A stretch of 35,799 bases of DNA from a virus (taxonomy: Duplodnaviria > Caudoviricetes): the IMG/VR virus record IMGVR_UViG_3300014202_001124, positions 1-35,799 of that record; one strand, given 5' to 3'. Position 1 is the stretch's first letter; every line of letters starts with the position of its first letter. Below, one piece after another: positions 24,522 to 33,802 of this stretch. The notes beneath the pieces were generated by a model that saw nothing but the letters and a program-made list of their open reading frames with translations, was not told the DNA's origin and made no database searches. The translations under genes and the position numbers were made by a program.

Positions 24522-25708
24522 TAAAGGTTTCCTCCATATCCGGCAAAGAATCCTCTATTGCTATAGGGAGGACCTGAGCTGTAAATTGTTTGCGTTCTTG
24601 TCGCTGTGAACTGCCTTTGACTTCTTTTCCAAACTAAATTCTCTTGTTCTCTAAAGAGAGGTTCATATCTGTCAAATTGGTCCCAGTCTCCTGTATCTGA
24701 AAGGATTTTTCTAGCAGCCCCTCTTGCCAAGTATTCTGCCATATAACCAAATGGAAGAGATTCTGCAGAGGAAAGGAAAGCGGCTGGTGTTAGATAGGCA
24801 TCTAGTTCGACCATGTAGGCTCTGTCTGGGGGAGATCTAAATGTCAAAGTATTGTTGTAGAAAAGAACAGATCTTGGAAGACCAGCTTGAAACCATTGGC
24901 ACTGCACATTTATAGGCATCCCATCTGGAATAGCAACTGGAAATGTAACATAGATTTCACCAGTTAGGTAATTAACAATATTGGAGGTTTGGCTATATCC
25001 ACCACCGAGCACTTGGTTTCCAGTTGGCGCATTTCCTGGTTCAATGAGCATACCGCAGTTAACGTTTGTACTTAGGAATTGTCCACTATCTGATATCACA
25101 ACCGGGCTACCGACTGCATCTATGGACGTTATATAAACTGCTGCGTGAGTACTTGTAACTGGAACGTTAACATTTGGTGCATTTCCAATGATTGGATCAG
25201 CATTCGATCCAGTCGCTATGATACCAGAGATATCTACATGCCCACGGATTAGTCCATTAACTGGAGGCTCGCTATTTGCGGTGTTAGAAAGAATTGGAAC
25301 TTGAAGGGAATAGGGACCAATTGTTCCATCACCTTGCACAACGGAATCGAAGTTTTGTACAACGTTTGGATAGTAGCTAAAGAACTCTTCTCGGCGTGTT
25401 CCAAATGAAATTGGCACCCCTTTAACCATTGTGAATCCAGTGAATCCCTGATAGACCGGAAAAGGCGCTATAGATTGATTTCCTGGTTGAATTTGGGTGT
25501 CGTAGAGTGGGATGTTGTATCTATCGACACCGGGAGTCGTTTGAAACTGATATTTTGTCTTAAGATCAAAAAGCTGCATCCTGGCATCAACATCCATGAG
25601 CCAGAATCTATTCACATAATCGATCAGGAGATCATCTGTTATCGAGGCATTGCTTGGTGCCTTGATAAGACGTCTCACATAAGTCAATACATCACTTAAG
25701 AGGTTCAT
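24521..25708 (-). CDS. Head-tail adaptor / tail tubular protein A-like
   Basis: LSDVLTYVRRL...DDLLIDYVNRF N-terminus and PPDRAYMVELDAY...AEYLARGAARKI C-terminus are typical of podovirus adaptors. Confidence 0.7.
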   Translation of the reverse strand: MNLLSDVLTYVRRLIKAPSNASITDDLLIDYVNRFWLMDVDARMQLFDLKTKYQFQTTPGVDRYNIPLYDTQIQPGNQSIAPFPVYQGFTGFTMVKGVPISFGTRREEFFSYYPNVVQNFDSVVQGDGTIGPYSLQVPILSNTANSEPPVNGLIRGHVDISGIIATGSNADPIIGNAPNVNVPVTSTHAAVYITSIDAVGSPVVISDSGQFLSTNVNCGMLIEPGNAPTGNQVLGGGYSQTSNIVNYLTGEIYVTFPVAIPDGMPINVQCQWFQAGLPRSVLFYNNTLTFRSPPDRAYMVELDAYLTPAAFLSSAESLPFGYMAEYLARGAARKILSDTGDWDQFDRYEPLFREQENLVWKRSQRQFTATRTQTIYSSGPPYSNRGFFAGYGGNL

Positions 25709-26289
25709 TAGAAGCTACTTCCCATAAACATGGATTTCTTTTGAGAAACTGGATGAGCATCAAGTCTTTGAACTGTGTTTTTAACAGCCATCGACCCATG
25801 ATACTGCATTTCAGCTCCACTCATGCTACTTTGATTGTAAACTCTATCTTCCATTTTGAAGATGTGGTACTGAGCACCTTTAATTTGCTCTGCAAGGTAT
25901 CTTGGGCCCCAGACAGGCTTATTTACAGGAACCATCCAAAGTTCGGCTGGAACGCCAGGAAAAGGCTTTGTCCACAGTTCGATCGTTTCGCCGATAATTT
26001 CCTTGTTCTCAGCGATGAAGTTTACGTATTCTTTCTTAAACTCATAGTCTTTTCTAAACTTCTCATTGAAAGCCTCTTTGGAAGCCCCCATTGTCTTTTT
26101 AGGTTTGAGATATTCTTTGGGATATTCTTGTTTTTCTTTTGTAGACATTTTTGTCTGTTCTTCAGTTTGAAGAAGAGGAGCATCTTTTACACTTGCTTGC
26201 AAGGTTTCTAGATTTTCCTTGAATGAATTAAACTCACCCTCGAGTCTTGTTAGTTCTTTTTCCGCTTCTGATGACTTAGCTTTTACCAT
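25708..26289 (-). CDS. Hypothetical protein of the morphogenesis module
   Basis: 193 aa, TAATG coupling. Confidence 0.8.
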   Translation of the reverse strand: MVKAKSSEAEKELTRLEGEFNSFKENLETLQASVKDAPLLQTEEQTKMSTKEKQEYPKEYLKPKKTMGASKEAFNEKFRKDYEFKKEYVNFIAENKEIIGETIELWTKPFPGVPAELWMVPVNKPVWGPRYLAEQIKGAQYHIFKMEDRVYNQSSMSGAEMQYHGSMAVKNTVQRLDAHPVSQKKSMFMGSSF

Positions 26290-26292
26290 TTT

Positions 26293-26937
26293 TTACTCCG
26301 GGGAAACGTTTATGAAACTACCATTAATATACAACTGCTGTGATGAATTATCCATATTTATTGCTCCACTGTTTACATCTCCAATTGCTAAAACGTAAGG
26401 AAGTGGATAGGTCGGAAAGAACTCTGCTTCGCCTCCAGATATGTAGGTTGTGAAGCTACTAGACGAGATATTTACAGTGAAGAAAGTTGGAAATGCTGTC
26501 ACAACATTGGCAGTTCGTCCATTGATCTCTGTCATACCAGTCACATCAGAAAACTTCACAAGATCATTAATCCTGAATGAATTGTTAGCAGTGATTGAAG
26601 CATTTGCACCCTTAGATACTCCTGTGATTGTTGCAAGATAGGGCGATGGAATAAATGGTGTAAAAGATGTGGACTCAATCCTCACAATAAATTCATCAGA
26701 AGATGGTATCGAAACTACTATTCCCGTTTTTCCACTAAGCTCTGTTGTTCCATATCTTGCAGGAATTATGAATCTTACTTCCTGTCCTATGAAGAAATTG
26801 TGTGGAATAGAGGTTTCAAAGAGAGTCGTCAGGCCTCTAGTGATGCCGGAAATCTGGAAAAAGTTTGGATTATAGAAGTTAGCATGGATCGGAAGATTCT
26901 GAAAGGCAGGAAATGGGCTTGTTACAATCGTCGTCAT
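26293..26937 (-). CDS. Virion protein with two E1-FCCH-like beta domains
   Basis: ISGITRG..T...T..PHNFFIGQEVRF and ITGVSKGANASITANNSFRINDLVKFSDVTGMTEING. Confidence 0.7.
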   Translation of the reverse strand: MTTIVTSPFPAFQNLPIHANFYNPNFFQISGITRGLTTLFETSIPHNFFIGQEVRFIIPARYGTTELSGKTGIVVSIPSSDEFIVRIESTSFTPFIPSPYLATITGVSKGANASITANNSFRINDLVKFSDVTGMTEINGRTANVVTAFPTFFTVNISSSSFTTYISGGEAEFFPTYPLPYVLAIGDVNSGAINMDNSSQQLYINGSFINVSPE

Positions 26938-26969
26938 AAAAATAAGGGAGGAGATTTTATCCTCCTCCC
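26938..26969 (-). terminator. Rho-independent terminator after the capsid/decoration genes
   Basis: GGGAGGAG-N8-CTCCTCCC followed by TTATTTTT on the minus strand. Confidence 0.8.
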
Positions 26970-26989
26970 GTAGATTATCAAACTATTGT

Positions 26990-28066
26990 TTAGATAACCA
27001 TATCAGCGAGCGTTGCTCTCCAGAAGATTGCATCACTTGAAGCTCCAGCAAGGGATGCTCCAACGACGAATCCTTGAGCGGTGTTGTTCACAAACGCTCC
27101 TTGGATAGCAGGTCCGTTGACTGTTCTTGCACCATTGACAATAGGAGCTGGATATAGAGAAGAAGTAGCCGTAATTGGCATTCCTCCTGTATTCACATCG
27201 CCTACAGCTACGATTTGAGGAAGTTGCATTCCAGAAATCGGGCTTGCCAATTGGTTAGAATTAAACGCTGTGTAAGCACTTGAATCAATATCAACAACAA
27301 CAGTGTTAGCATCAGTCACAGATGTCACATATCCATAGATCGGTGATCCAGGAATTGTTTCATTTGGGAGTGAATTGAGTTGATATGTTCCCCATGCAGT
27401 TGGAATACGGAAAGCCACTTCTTGTCCAACAACAAAGTTGTGTGGAGCAGTTGTGTCAACTGTAGTCGCAGAACCCAAAGTAAGAGCAGTAATAATTGAT
27501 CTTCCTGGGGCATAGAGGAACGGATTTAGTACCTTACGAACACTAGCTCCAGCTGGAGATCCACTCAAAGCAGTGTAATTGCTTTGGTTGGTGTTCCATG
27601 GAATAGAGAAAGTGTTAGCGTCTGAAACTGTGATAACGAACTCAATACCAGAAATCTGAGGCATACCAGTAGTTGATGATTGATAAAGACCATCAAATAC
27701 AACGATATCTCCTGTGCTGTAACCGTGTCCTGTGACTGTTACAACTCCAGAAGCAGCCTTAGTGATTCCAACAACTTGCTGTGCTGCTCCGTACTGGAAA
27801 ACAAGACCTTTATAGAAAGTCGAGAATCCACCTGTAGTCAATACGTTAGTTGTAAGAACTGGTGTTGCGTTAAACACATTGATTTGAGCTTGTCCTTGTC
27901 CCATAGCAGCTTGCCAGAAGGCATAAGGAACTTCCCCGTTAGTTGGGGTGTCTGCTGCTGTGTAGTTCCAAAGCTCAATGCAATCTGGTTGGAAGGGAAG
28001 ATTAATAACTTCCGCTGCACCAGTTGATACGAAGCTCCCTTGAGCGAGTCTTGAATATTCAGCCAT
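26990..28066 (-). CDS. Probable capsid decoration protein with two E1-FCCH-like domains
   Basis: Directly after the MCP and before the terminator; VVGITKAASGVVTVTGHGYSTGDIVVF and ITALTLGSATTVDTTAPHNFVVGQEVAF. Confidence 0.7.
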   Translation of the reverse strand: MAEYSRLAQGSFVSTGAAEVINLPFQPDCIELWNYTAADTPTNGEVPYAFWQAAMGQGQAQINVFNATPVLTTNVLTTGGFSTFYKGLVFQYGAAQQVVGITKAASGVVTVTGHGYSTGDIVVFDGLYQSSTTGMPQISGIEFVITVSDANTFSIPWNTNQSNYTALSGSPAGASVRKVLNPFLYAPGRSIITALTLGSATTVDTTAPHNFVVGQEVAFRIPTAWGTYQLNSLPNETIPGSPIYGYVTSVTDANTVVVDIDSSAYTAFNSNQLASPISGMQLPQIVAVGDVNTGGMPITATSSLYPAPIVNGARTVNGPAIQGAFVNNTAQGFVVGASLAGASSDAIFWRATLADMVI

Positions 28067-28068
28067 AA

Positions 28069-29037
28069 TTACACTCCAATGCCGTTAAGGCGTGTGCAAA
28101 GAAGGTTTCTGATCGCTGTATCTTGGGTTAGAGCTTGCGCCTGTGCGAAGTTAACTGCAAGTGTGCAGTTTTGTCCGAGCATACCAGAGTACATGCGGTC
28201 GCGATAGAGAAGCTCCATGCTGTAACCGTCTTGATTGATGTGAGTTAGGGCTTGTTTTCCAAGAACTGCGTTGTAGTACACGTCGTTTCCATCGGCTGAT
28301 GTACCGCGAGATACAGGAGCTTCTGAAGAAGTTAGAACACGTACGTTAAACGCTGAACCATATTCGCTAGGAAGGGCATTTGATGTCTGAGGATAGTTCC
28401 ACTGTGACAAGAACCCGTTTCCAACTAGAGAGTCAAAGTCAGGCTGTAGCTCAGTGCTTGAAAGCATAAAATATGCTGAACGAACTGGGCCGGTTCCGAA
28501 CTTATTCTCACCTTCAATTCCTGACATAAATTTGTAGGCATTGTTGGTATCTAGTGTGGCTGCAACTAAGCTAAAATCACTCATAGCTAGGTTGGTTGGG
28601 TTGTCTCCATTGCTTCCTCCACCAGCGTTAATAACGCTAGCTGCAGAAACGATATAGTCACGAAGAATTAGATCTTCAGCTTGGCGCATAGCAACTGCTA
28701 GTCTTTCTCCAACCCAAGCAAGTACTCCCTCTTGATCTTGTAGAACGACTTGGTAGTTGATGATACAGCCTGTTCCGAAGAACGCCATTTGTGCATCGAT
28801 AATGTCTCTTTGTGGAACTTGAGCTGGGGGATCTATCCCTGAGTTTCCAAGTTGCACAGTTGGTGGAACAAGAGCTCTTGGTCGCATAAAGCGGCAAGTT
28901 GTTCCGCCGTTAGCAGGCATACTTACTTTGTCTGCAACGGTGATGTAGTTCATTGTCGGCGTTGGAACATATAGCATCGCCGGAGCTAAGCTCTGGAGAA
29001 TCATAGGCCCTAAATTGCCGGTAGTAGTAATTGCCAT
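28069..29037 (-). CDS. Major capsid protein (N4-gp56-like family, HK97 fold)
   Basis: 322 aa after the scaffold; MPANGGTTCRFMR, RLAVAMRQAEDLILRD, KFGTGPVRSAY, YP....LPSEYGS..NVR.LTS. Confidence 0.88.
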   Translation of the reverse strand: MAITTTGNLGPMILQSLAPAMLYVPTPTMNYITVADKVSMPANGGTTCRFMRPRALVPPTVQLGNSGIDPPAQVPQRDIIDAQMAFFGTGCIINYQVVLQDQEGVLAWVGERLAVAMRQAEDLILRDYIVSAASVINAGGGSNGDNPTNLAMSDFSLVAATLDTNNAYKFMSGIEGENKFGTGPVRSAYFMLSSTELQPDFDSLVGNGFLSQWNYPQTSNALPSEYGSAFNVRVLTSSEAPVSRGTSADGNDVYYNAVLGKQALTHINQDGYSMELLYRDRMYSGMLGQNCTLAVNFAQAQALTQDTAIRNLLCTRLNGIGV

Positions 29038-29066
29038 CTTAAAATCCTATATGGTCAATTTCTTTT

Positions 29067-29197
29067 GATATGATGATCGGTTGATGAACCTAACTTACAT
29101 CAGTTTTCGATCATATCTTGTGAAAGATGCGAACCTTTCTAACGCGATAGGCTAGTTACGCTAGCAAAACGAAAAGCACCTTTTTTAAGGGTGCTTT
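29067..29197 (-). promoter_or_regulatory. Structured 5' leader of the MCP mRNA (four hairpins)
   Basis: Stems at 29173-29197, 29151-29165, 29122-29139 and 29067-29117. Confidence 0.55.
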
Positions 29198-29198
29198 C

Positions 29199-29227
29199 AA
29201 TTTATAACTTAAAGTCCTTTTTGTCAA
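29199..29227 (-). promoter_or_regulatory. Sigma70-type promoter for the MCP
   Basis: TTGACA(29227-29222)-N17-TAAATT(29204-29199). Confidence 0.65.
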
Positions 29228-29237
29228 AGAACAGAGA

Positions 29238-29882
29238 TTAAAATCTCATCCTTTTTTGGAGCTCTTTGATGTGATCGTAAGCTTGCTTTTGCCCTTGGGG
29301 GGAAAAGTCACCTTGGGACGCATATGGAGAGGAAGACTCTGCGGTTGGCTGGTAGAAGGGGCTCCGTCTATTAGCGTTGATTTTTTCTTCAACGGACGGC
29401 TCTTTGGGCTTTTCTTTGTGGAGTCCGAGGGCTTTGATGTTTTTGTAGACGAGCTTTTGTCTTTCAAATCCGTCGGGCATTTCCAAAATTGTTTCAGCCA
29501 GTTCAGGATCGTTCTCATAAAGTTTATTTGCATGATTCAAAACCTCATAAAAGTCTGAGTTGGCCTTAATCCAACTTTGTTTTCTGTCTTCTTTGATAGC
29601 TTGGTTAATTGCCGTTTGGATCTGAGTTTGAGTCTCAACTTGAGTCTTTTTACCAAACTGATCGAGCTTTTTTTCTAGTTTTTTCTGATCAACATAAGGG
29701 TCATCATCATCGTCATCATTTGATTTTTTGAGGTGTGATTTTAGTTCTTCGATTTCCTTCTGAAGGCTAGCCATTCGAGATCTTTCATTTTCCATTTCTG
29801 CTCTATGCTTAGCCTCTAGAGCTCTAAAGTTAATTTCTTTATCGTTTGTTTTTTCAGGAACTTTCTCCTCGGTCATTATCAA
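29238..29882 (-). CDS. Capsid scaffolding protein
   Basis: Highly charged coiled coil (KEINFRAL..., DDDDDDPYVD) immediately upstream of the MCP. Confidence 0.75.
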   Translation of the reverse strand: MIMTEEKVPEKTNDKEINFRALEAKHRAEMENERSRMASLQKEIEELKSHLKKSNDDDDDDPYVDQKKLEKKLDQFGKKTQVETQTQIQTAINQAIKEDRKQSWIKANSDFYEVLNHANKLYENDPELAETILEMPDGFERQKLVYKNIKALGLHKEKPKEPSVEEKINANRRSPFYQPTAESSSPYASQGDFSPQGQKQAYDHIKELQKRMRF

Positions 29883-29959
29883 TCCTTTGCCTTTAACGAA
29901 AGACTTACGTTTGGATTTTGTGTAAGATTGCTCTCATGGTATACAAAAAGGAGCCTTTA

Positions 29960-30457
29960 ATGAAAGTCGATAGGCTAGAAACGCATGATAGGTACAAAGA
30001 ATTCACAAGCAAATCTTTTGATATTGATGCATGCGCTTTAGATCTGATGAATAAAAGACCATTTGGTGAACATGCATTTTACATGTTTGTTCATGCAAGG
30101 ACTGCTGAAGATGGAGTTACGAAAGAACTCATTTGGCAACCAAGACTAACAAGACCAAAACCACAGACAAATTCTATGCTTTTTAAAGCATACCCTACGA
30201 CATTAGAAATCAGAATTTGCTGGATGATTCCTCCAAGAGAGATGTTTGGACAATATAAGACAGGAAACATCACCGAACATGACATCACAAGATGGTCTAT
30301 TGAAATGTTTGAGAATAAACGAGAACAGCTCGCTCAAAATGAACCTGATGATTTAAGTGATATGGAAATTGATGCAATTTATAAATCCATATCGAGACAA
30401 GCTAATATGGATAAGATTATAGAGACTTGGGGTAGTGCGTCTTTGGGCTCTCTTTAG
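29960..30457 (+). CDS. Hypothetical protein, antisense within the head module
   Basis: AAGGAG RBS before ATG 29960 (MKVDRLETHDR); globular-looking sequence WQPRLTRPKPQTNSMLFK...CWMIP. Confidence 0.8.
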   Translation: MKVDRLETHDRYKEFTSKSFDIDACALDLMNKRPFGEHAFYMFVHARTAEDGVTKELIWQPRLTRPKPQTNSMLFKAYPTTLEIRICWMIPPREMFGQYKTGNITEHDITRWSIEMFENKREQLAQNEPDDLSDMEIDAIYKSISRQANMDKIIETWGSASLGSL

Positions 30458-30596
30458 GCTCTTTATCAGCGCCATACATGAACACATCGCGAGCTTTGGC
30501 GACCGGATTTCTAACGCCAACACCATAAATGTCTCCTTGTCCATTGCTGGATTCAGGAGCAGTATTAGCTTGACGGAGCTTTGACTTGTCTTTCAT
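30417..30596 (-). CDS. Small hypothetical protein, 59 aa
   Basis: Below cutoff. ATGA overlap with 30593..30814; MKDKSKLRQANTAPESSNGQGDIYGVGVRNPVAKARDVFMYGADKEPKESPKTHYPKSL. Confidence 0.7.
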   Translation of the reverse strand: MKDKSKLRQANTAPESSNGQGDIYGVGVRNPVAKARDVFMYGADKEPKESPKTHYPKSL

Positions 30597-30814
30597 TGAA
30601 CAAGCTTTGTTTCTTCAGTATTGAAGACGTTTGGGCATCTATTTGGAAGCTTTGTGACTAATCCCTTAGTTGGATCAAAATCTGGACTGACTCTGAAAGA
30701 TCCAATGGGCTGAGTTTTACCAGAGCCCATTTCTGTTCCCGCATTAATGAAAACGGAAGATCTCTCATCATATTTAGGCTGAGTAAATTCCAAAGGGTTT
30801 TTAACTTTTGCCAT
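30593..30814 (-). CDS. Small hypothetical protein
   Basis: AAGGA RBS; between portal and scaffold. Confidence 0.75.
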   Translation of the reverse strand: MAKVKNPLEFTQPKYDERSSVFINAGTEMGSGKTQPIGSFRVSPDFDPTKGLVTKLPNRCPNVFNTEETKLVQ

Positions 30815-30826
30815 AAAAAAGAGTCC

Positions 30827-31045
30827 TTAGTTTCGGTTCATTGGGGGCTGAGCATGTTTCTTCATTTTGCTGATATTAGCATTCTGAAGACCTTTAACTT
30901 GCTCAGTTGTGTCTTGGTACTGAGAAACGTCTCCAGCACCCATAGCTGATTCGTAATGCTTCATGTGGCATCCATTTGGAAGAGGATTGTCCTTTCCAGG
31001 CTGCATTCCCATGAATGAATGATCATCGATTCTTCGTCCGGCCAT
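30827..31045 (-). CDS. Small hypothetical protein
   Basis: GAGGA RBS; promoter-like TTGCGA-N16-TATAAT upstream (31088-31115). Confidence 0.8.
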   Translation of the reverse strand: MAGRRIDDHSFMGMQPGKDNPLPNGCHMKHYESAMGAGDVSQYQDTTEQVKGLQNANISKMKKHAQPPMNRN

Positions 31046-31118
31046 ATTTCCTCGTTTGCCTAGTTAGGCAGTTGTTCTTTAAAGTCTATTATACAACTTT
31101 TTGTTTCATTCGCAAGGA

Positions 31119-33203
31119 TTACACTGGAGAGGGAACATTTCCTGCCATAACTTCTTGCATAAACTTAGATGACTCAGCGGTCATTCGAGCATCCAGTTTT
31201 TCTCTATCTTCATCTCTAATTTGTCCCTGCTCAATCTGTTCAATTTGGCTGTACTTCATAGCTGTTTCAATTTCACCAAATTTAGCTATGACATCGATGA
31301 GTTTCTCAAGAGCTTCCATTTTATCTTTAGTGGCTAACGCTCTGTTCCTTGTGATCTCGCTCAATCTCTCTTCGAAGAGACCAATGTTGGCTTCGCTTCG
31401 TCCGTGTCTTTCTCTTGCAGTTGCTATGTTGCTTACAGCTTTTGAGTAAGTTTCTTTTAGCTGCGCATCGAGTATAGCTTCTTGAAGTTGCGCTTGATGC
31501 TCTTGGCCAGCTGCTGCTGCTTGTTCTTGTGCTTTCAAGAACTCCATAGCCTCTGCTTTTCCTTGGATGTTCATCTTGTCTATGACAAACGATGGTGGGA
31601 ACACCTCTCTTCCGAAGGCTTGGTTGATATCTAGAAGTTGTTGAGCCTGCATATTTTGCTGTGTAGAGGTGAGTATTCCTTCTTGAACCACAGTTCTGTA
31701 GTTTGAAAAAACTCTGTTGTAAAAGAGAGGAGATGCCTCTTCTCCAAGAACCTCTTCAACTTTATATCTATTCCAGTTGTTAAGGAGAATTTGAAGAGAG
31801 ATATCGCCAATTTGCTCTAGAGAATAGTCCCACTGATCGAAGTACTTCTGGAAAACCATTAGGTTCGCAGCTTGCTTCATCATGAGAGTAAGAGTTGATA
31901 TCTGAGAGTCTTGCTGCCCAGACCAATTCTCTAGATCAATACCGGATGTTTTAAAGATAAGATCTCCCATCTGTTGAGCAAGTGCTAAGTCAGACTCTGG
32001 CACTGCTGATGGAATAATTTTCTCAACATCATGAAGTTCAAATCCTTCATTGATGATGATGTCGTAACCTTGACCGGCTTTCTTTAAATTGTCTTCATTT
32101 GCAACAGCTCCAATCTTTCTCTTATAACCAGAGTTGATGGTAGATGATGCTATGTCGTTGTTAGTAATTACTTTGTAGTTGAATAGGAACTGAGGATCTC
32201 TCATCGTGCGAACAAGAGATCTGACTCGTAAGTCATAATAAGAAAGATGTGGATCATAGTTCCAATCTATTGGAACAAAAGGACATCTATCAAATCCAAG
32301 AGGATTGTTTCCATTGAACATTAGAGTGTCATTTAGCACTACACACACTTTCCAGGTTGGAACGTCAATTTCTACAACTTTTAAGTCATCTACAACTTTT
32401 ACAAGTTCTTGTATTTCATTGCTGTCTGCAACGTCAAAGAACTGATGTCTTTTTTGGCTAAAAAGCTTCTTTCTCTTACGTGTAGACTTGTACCATATGT
32501 AACTTAAGACAAGGAGGTCATTCCTAGTAGACGTGTAGTTTTCTGGAAGGAAATAAAAATTCTCATTTTTGTTAGCAGCACCAGACATTCTCTTAATTTT
32601 GTCTAATTGGTCTGGAAATCTCATCTCTGCTTCATCTTTAGAGATAAATTCCTGGCACCAAACAATTGTGCAGTCCGACATGTCTGCATTTCTGTAGAAC
32701 GGATCGACTAGAAATGAGTTATATTCCCAGATCTTGAGCTTAAGTTCTCCTTGAAGAGGATCTTTTCCAAGAAAATCTAAATAAGGCTGAGCTAAAACTT
32801 TTCCAGAAATTGCCCCAAGCTCACATCCTTTTGAGAAGGAATTGTGAATACCATTGTCTTGGTATTGCTGCATTATCAGTTTGGTATATTGGTCTGTTGT
32901 GTGAGGATCTCCACCACTGTTGGCTTGGAATGTAACTGTCTTTCTATGCTGTCTTTGGTAACCAGTCACCATGTTCACTGGCTGCTGCACCAAGTTGAAG
33001 TAGTAACTGTTAAAAGAGAAAGAGGGGGTAAAGTTGAAGAACTTGTTTACAAAGTCTTGAGCCCCAGCATAAAAGAGAGAGTCAATATTTGCCTGGTTCC
33101 ACCTCGCCTGCTCAACAGGTTTTAGCTTTTGGGCAACACTTTGCATCCAATATTTGATGTTGCCTTCGTTTGGTTTGATACTGTCGAGAGGAGTAACGTT
33201 CAA
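31119..33203 (-). CDS. Portal protein (P22-like)
   Basis: 694 aa after terL; FNLVQQPVNMVTGYQRQHR, FLVDPF...DMSDC, PFVP, RSLVRTMRDPQ..FN; C-terminal helical barrel. TTG start with GGAGG RBS. Confidence 0.9.
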   Translation of the reverse strand: MNVTPLDSIKPNEGNIKYWMQSVAQKLKPVEQARWNQANIDSLFYAGAQDFVNKFFNFTPSFSFNSYYFNLVQQPVNMVTGYQRQHRKTVTFQANSGGDPHTTDQYTKLIMQQYQDNGIHNSFSKGCELGAISGKVLAQPYLDFLGKDPLQGELKLKIWEYNSFLVDPFYRNADMSDCTIVWCQEFISKDEAEMRFPDQLDKIKRMSGAANKNENFYFLPENYTSTRNDLLVLSYIWYKSTRKRKKLFSQKRHQFFDVADSNEIQELVKVVDDLKVVEIDVPTWKVCVVLNDTLMFNGNNPLGFDRCPFVPIDWNYDPHLSYYDLRVRSLVRTMRDPQFLFNYKVITNNDIASSTINSGYKRKIGAVANEDNLKKAGQGYDIIINEGFELHDVEKIIPSAVPESDLALAQQMGDLIFKTSGIDLENWSGQQDSQISTLTLMMKQAANLMVFQKYFDQWDYSLEQIGDISLQILLNNWNRYKVEEVLGEEASPLFYNRVFSNYRTVVQEGILTSTQQNMQAQQLLDINQAFGREVFPPSFVIDKMNIQGKAEAMEFLKAQEQAAAAGQEHQAQLQEAILDAQLKETYSKAVSNIATARERHGRSEANIGLFEERLSEITRNRALATKDKMEALEKLIDVIAKFGEIETAMKYSQIEQIEQGQIRDEDREKLDARMTAESSKFMQEVMAGNVPSPV

Positions 33204-33274
33204 GAAGCCTCCAAATGAATCTTATATTATACATTTTAAGAGTAGAACGCTAGAGGCCTCCAAATCTGGAAGTC

Positions 33275-33802
33275 TTAAACTTTCGTTTCTTGAGCCTTTT
33301 TTATCTTGTTTCTTAGGCGTAGGGCTTTGGCTTTGCAGTTTGCATGACAAAATCTATGATGAGATAATTTGGTTTGAAATTCCTTGTTACAGAGTTGGCA
33401 ATTTTTGATCCTTAATTCTCTTTTTTCCCAAGAAGCTTTTCCATGCTGACTATGCCACTCTATACCTTGTGGACTTGCATGCCATATTTTTGTCAGAGGC
33501 CTTATTTCATTCATCAGTTTTTTAAGAAAAGATTTTCTTTCTTCACTCATATGTGCCGCTATATGAGATTTTTTGTTAAGACATTCTAAATTTAAGATAT
33601 CATTGTTGTTTTTGTTTCCATCTTTGTGATGAATTTCATGGCCTTTAGGGATATTTCCATTTGTGTATTTCCACACCCATACATGAGCCCTAATTTTAGG
33701 ACAAGCGGTTGAGATCCAATAACCAGCTTTGTGATCTTTATAGAATTTTTTACCGAAGTGAGTTTGATGTTCCATGAGAAAATCATGCCGAATTGCATCC
33801 AT
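33275..33802 (-). CDS. Free-standing HNH homing endonuclease
   Basis: AHVWVW....GNIPKGHEIHHKDGNKNNNDILNLECL..KSH...H (HNH_3-like); C-terminal CxxC...CxxxC zinc motif. Confidence 0.88.
   Translation of the reverse strand: MDAIRHDFLMEHQTHFGKKFYKDHKAGYWISTACPKIRAHVWVWKYTNGNIPKGHEIHHKDGNKNNNDILNLECLNKKSHIAAHMSEERKSFLKKLMNEIRPLTKIWHASPQGIEWHSQHGKASWEKRELRIKNCQLCNKEFQTKLSHHRFCHANCKAKALRLRNKIKKAQETKV

Noticed and set aside
30353-30544. 63-aa minus-strand ORF from the track
   Set aside because: The overlapping frame 30417..30596 is ATGA-coupled to the upstream gene, overlaps the plus-strand gene less and is the better call.
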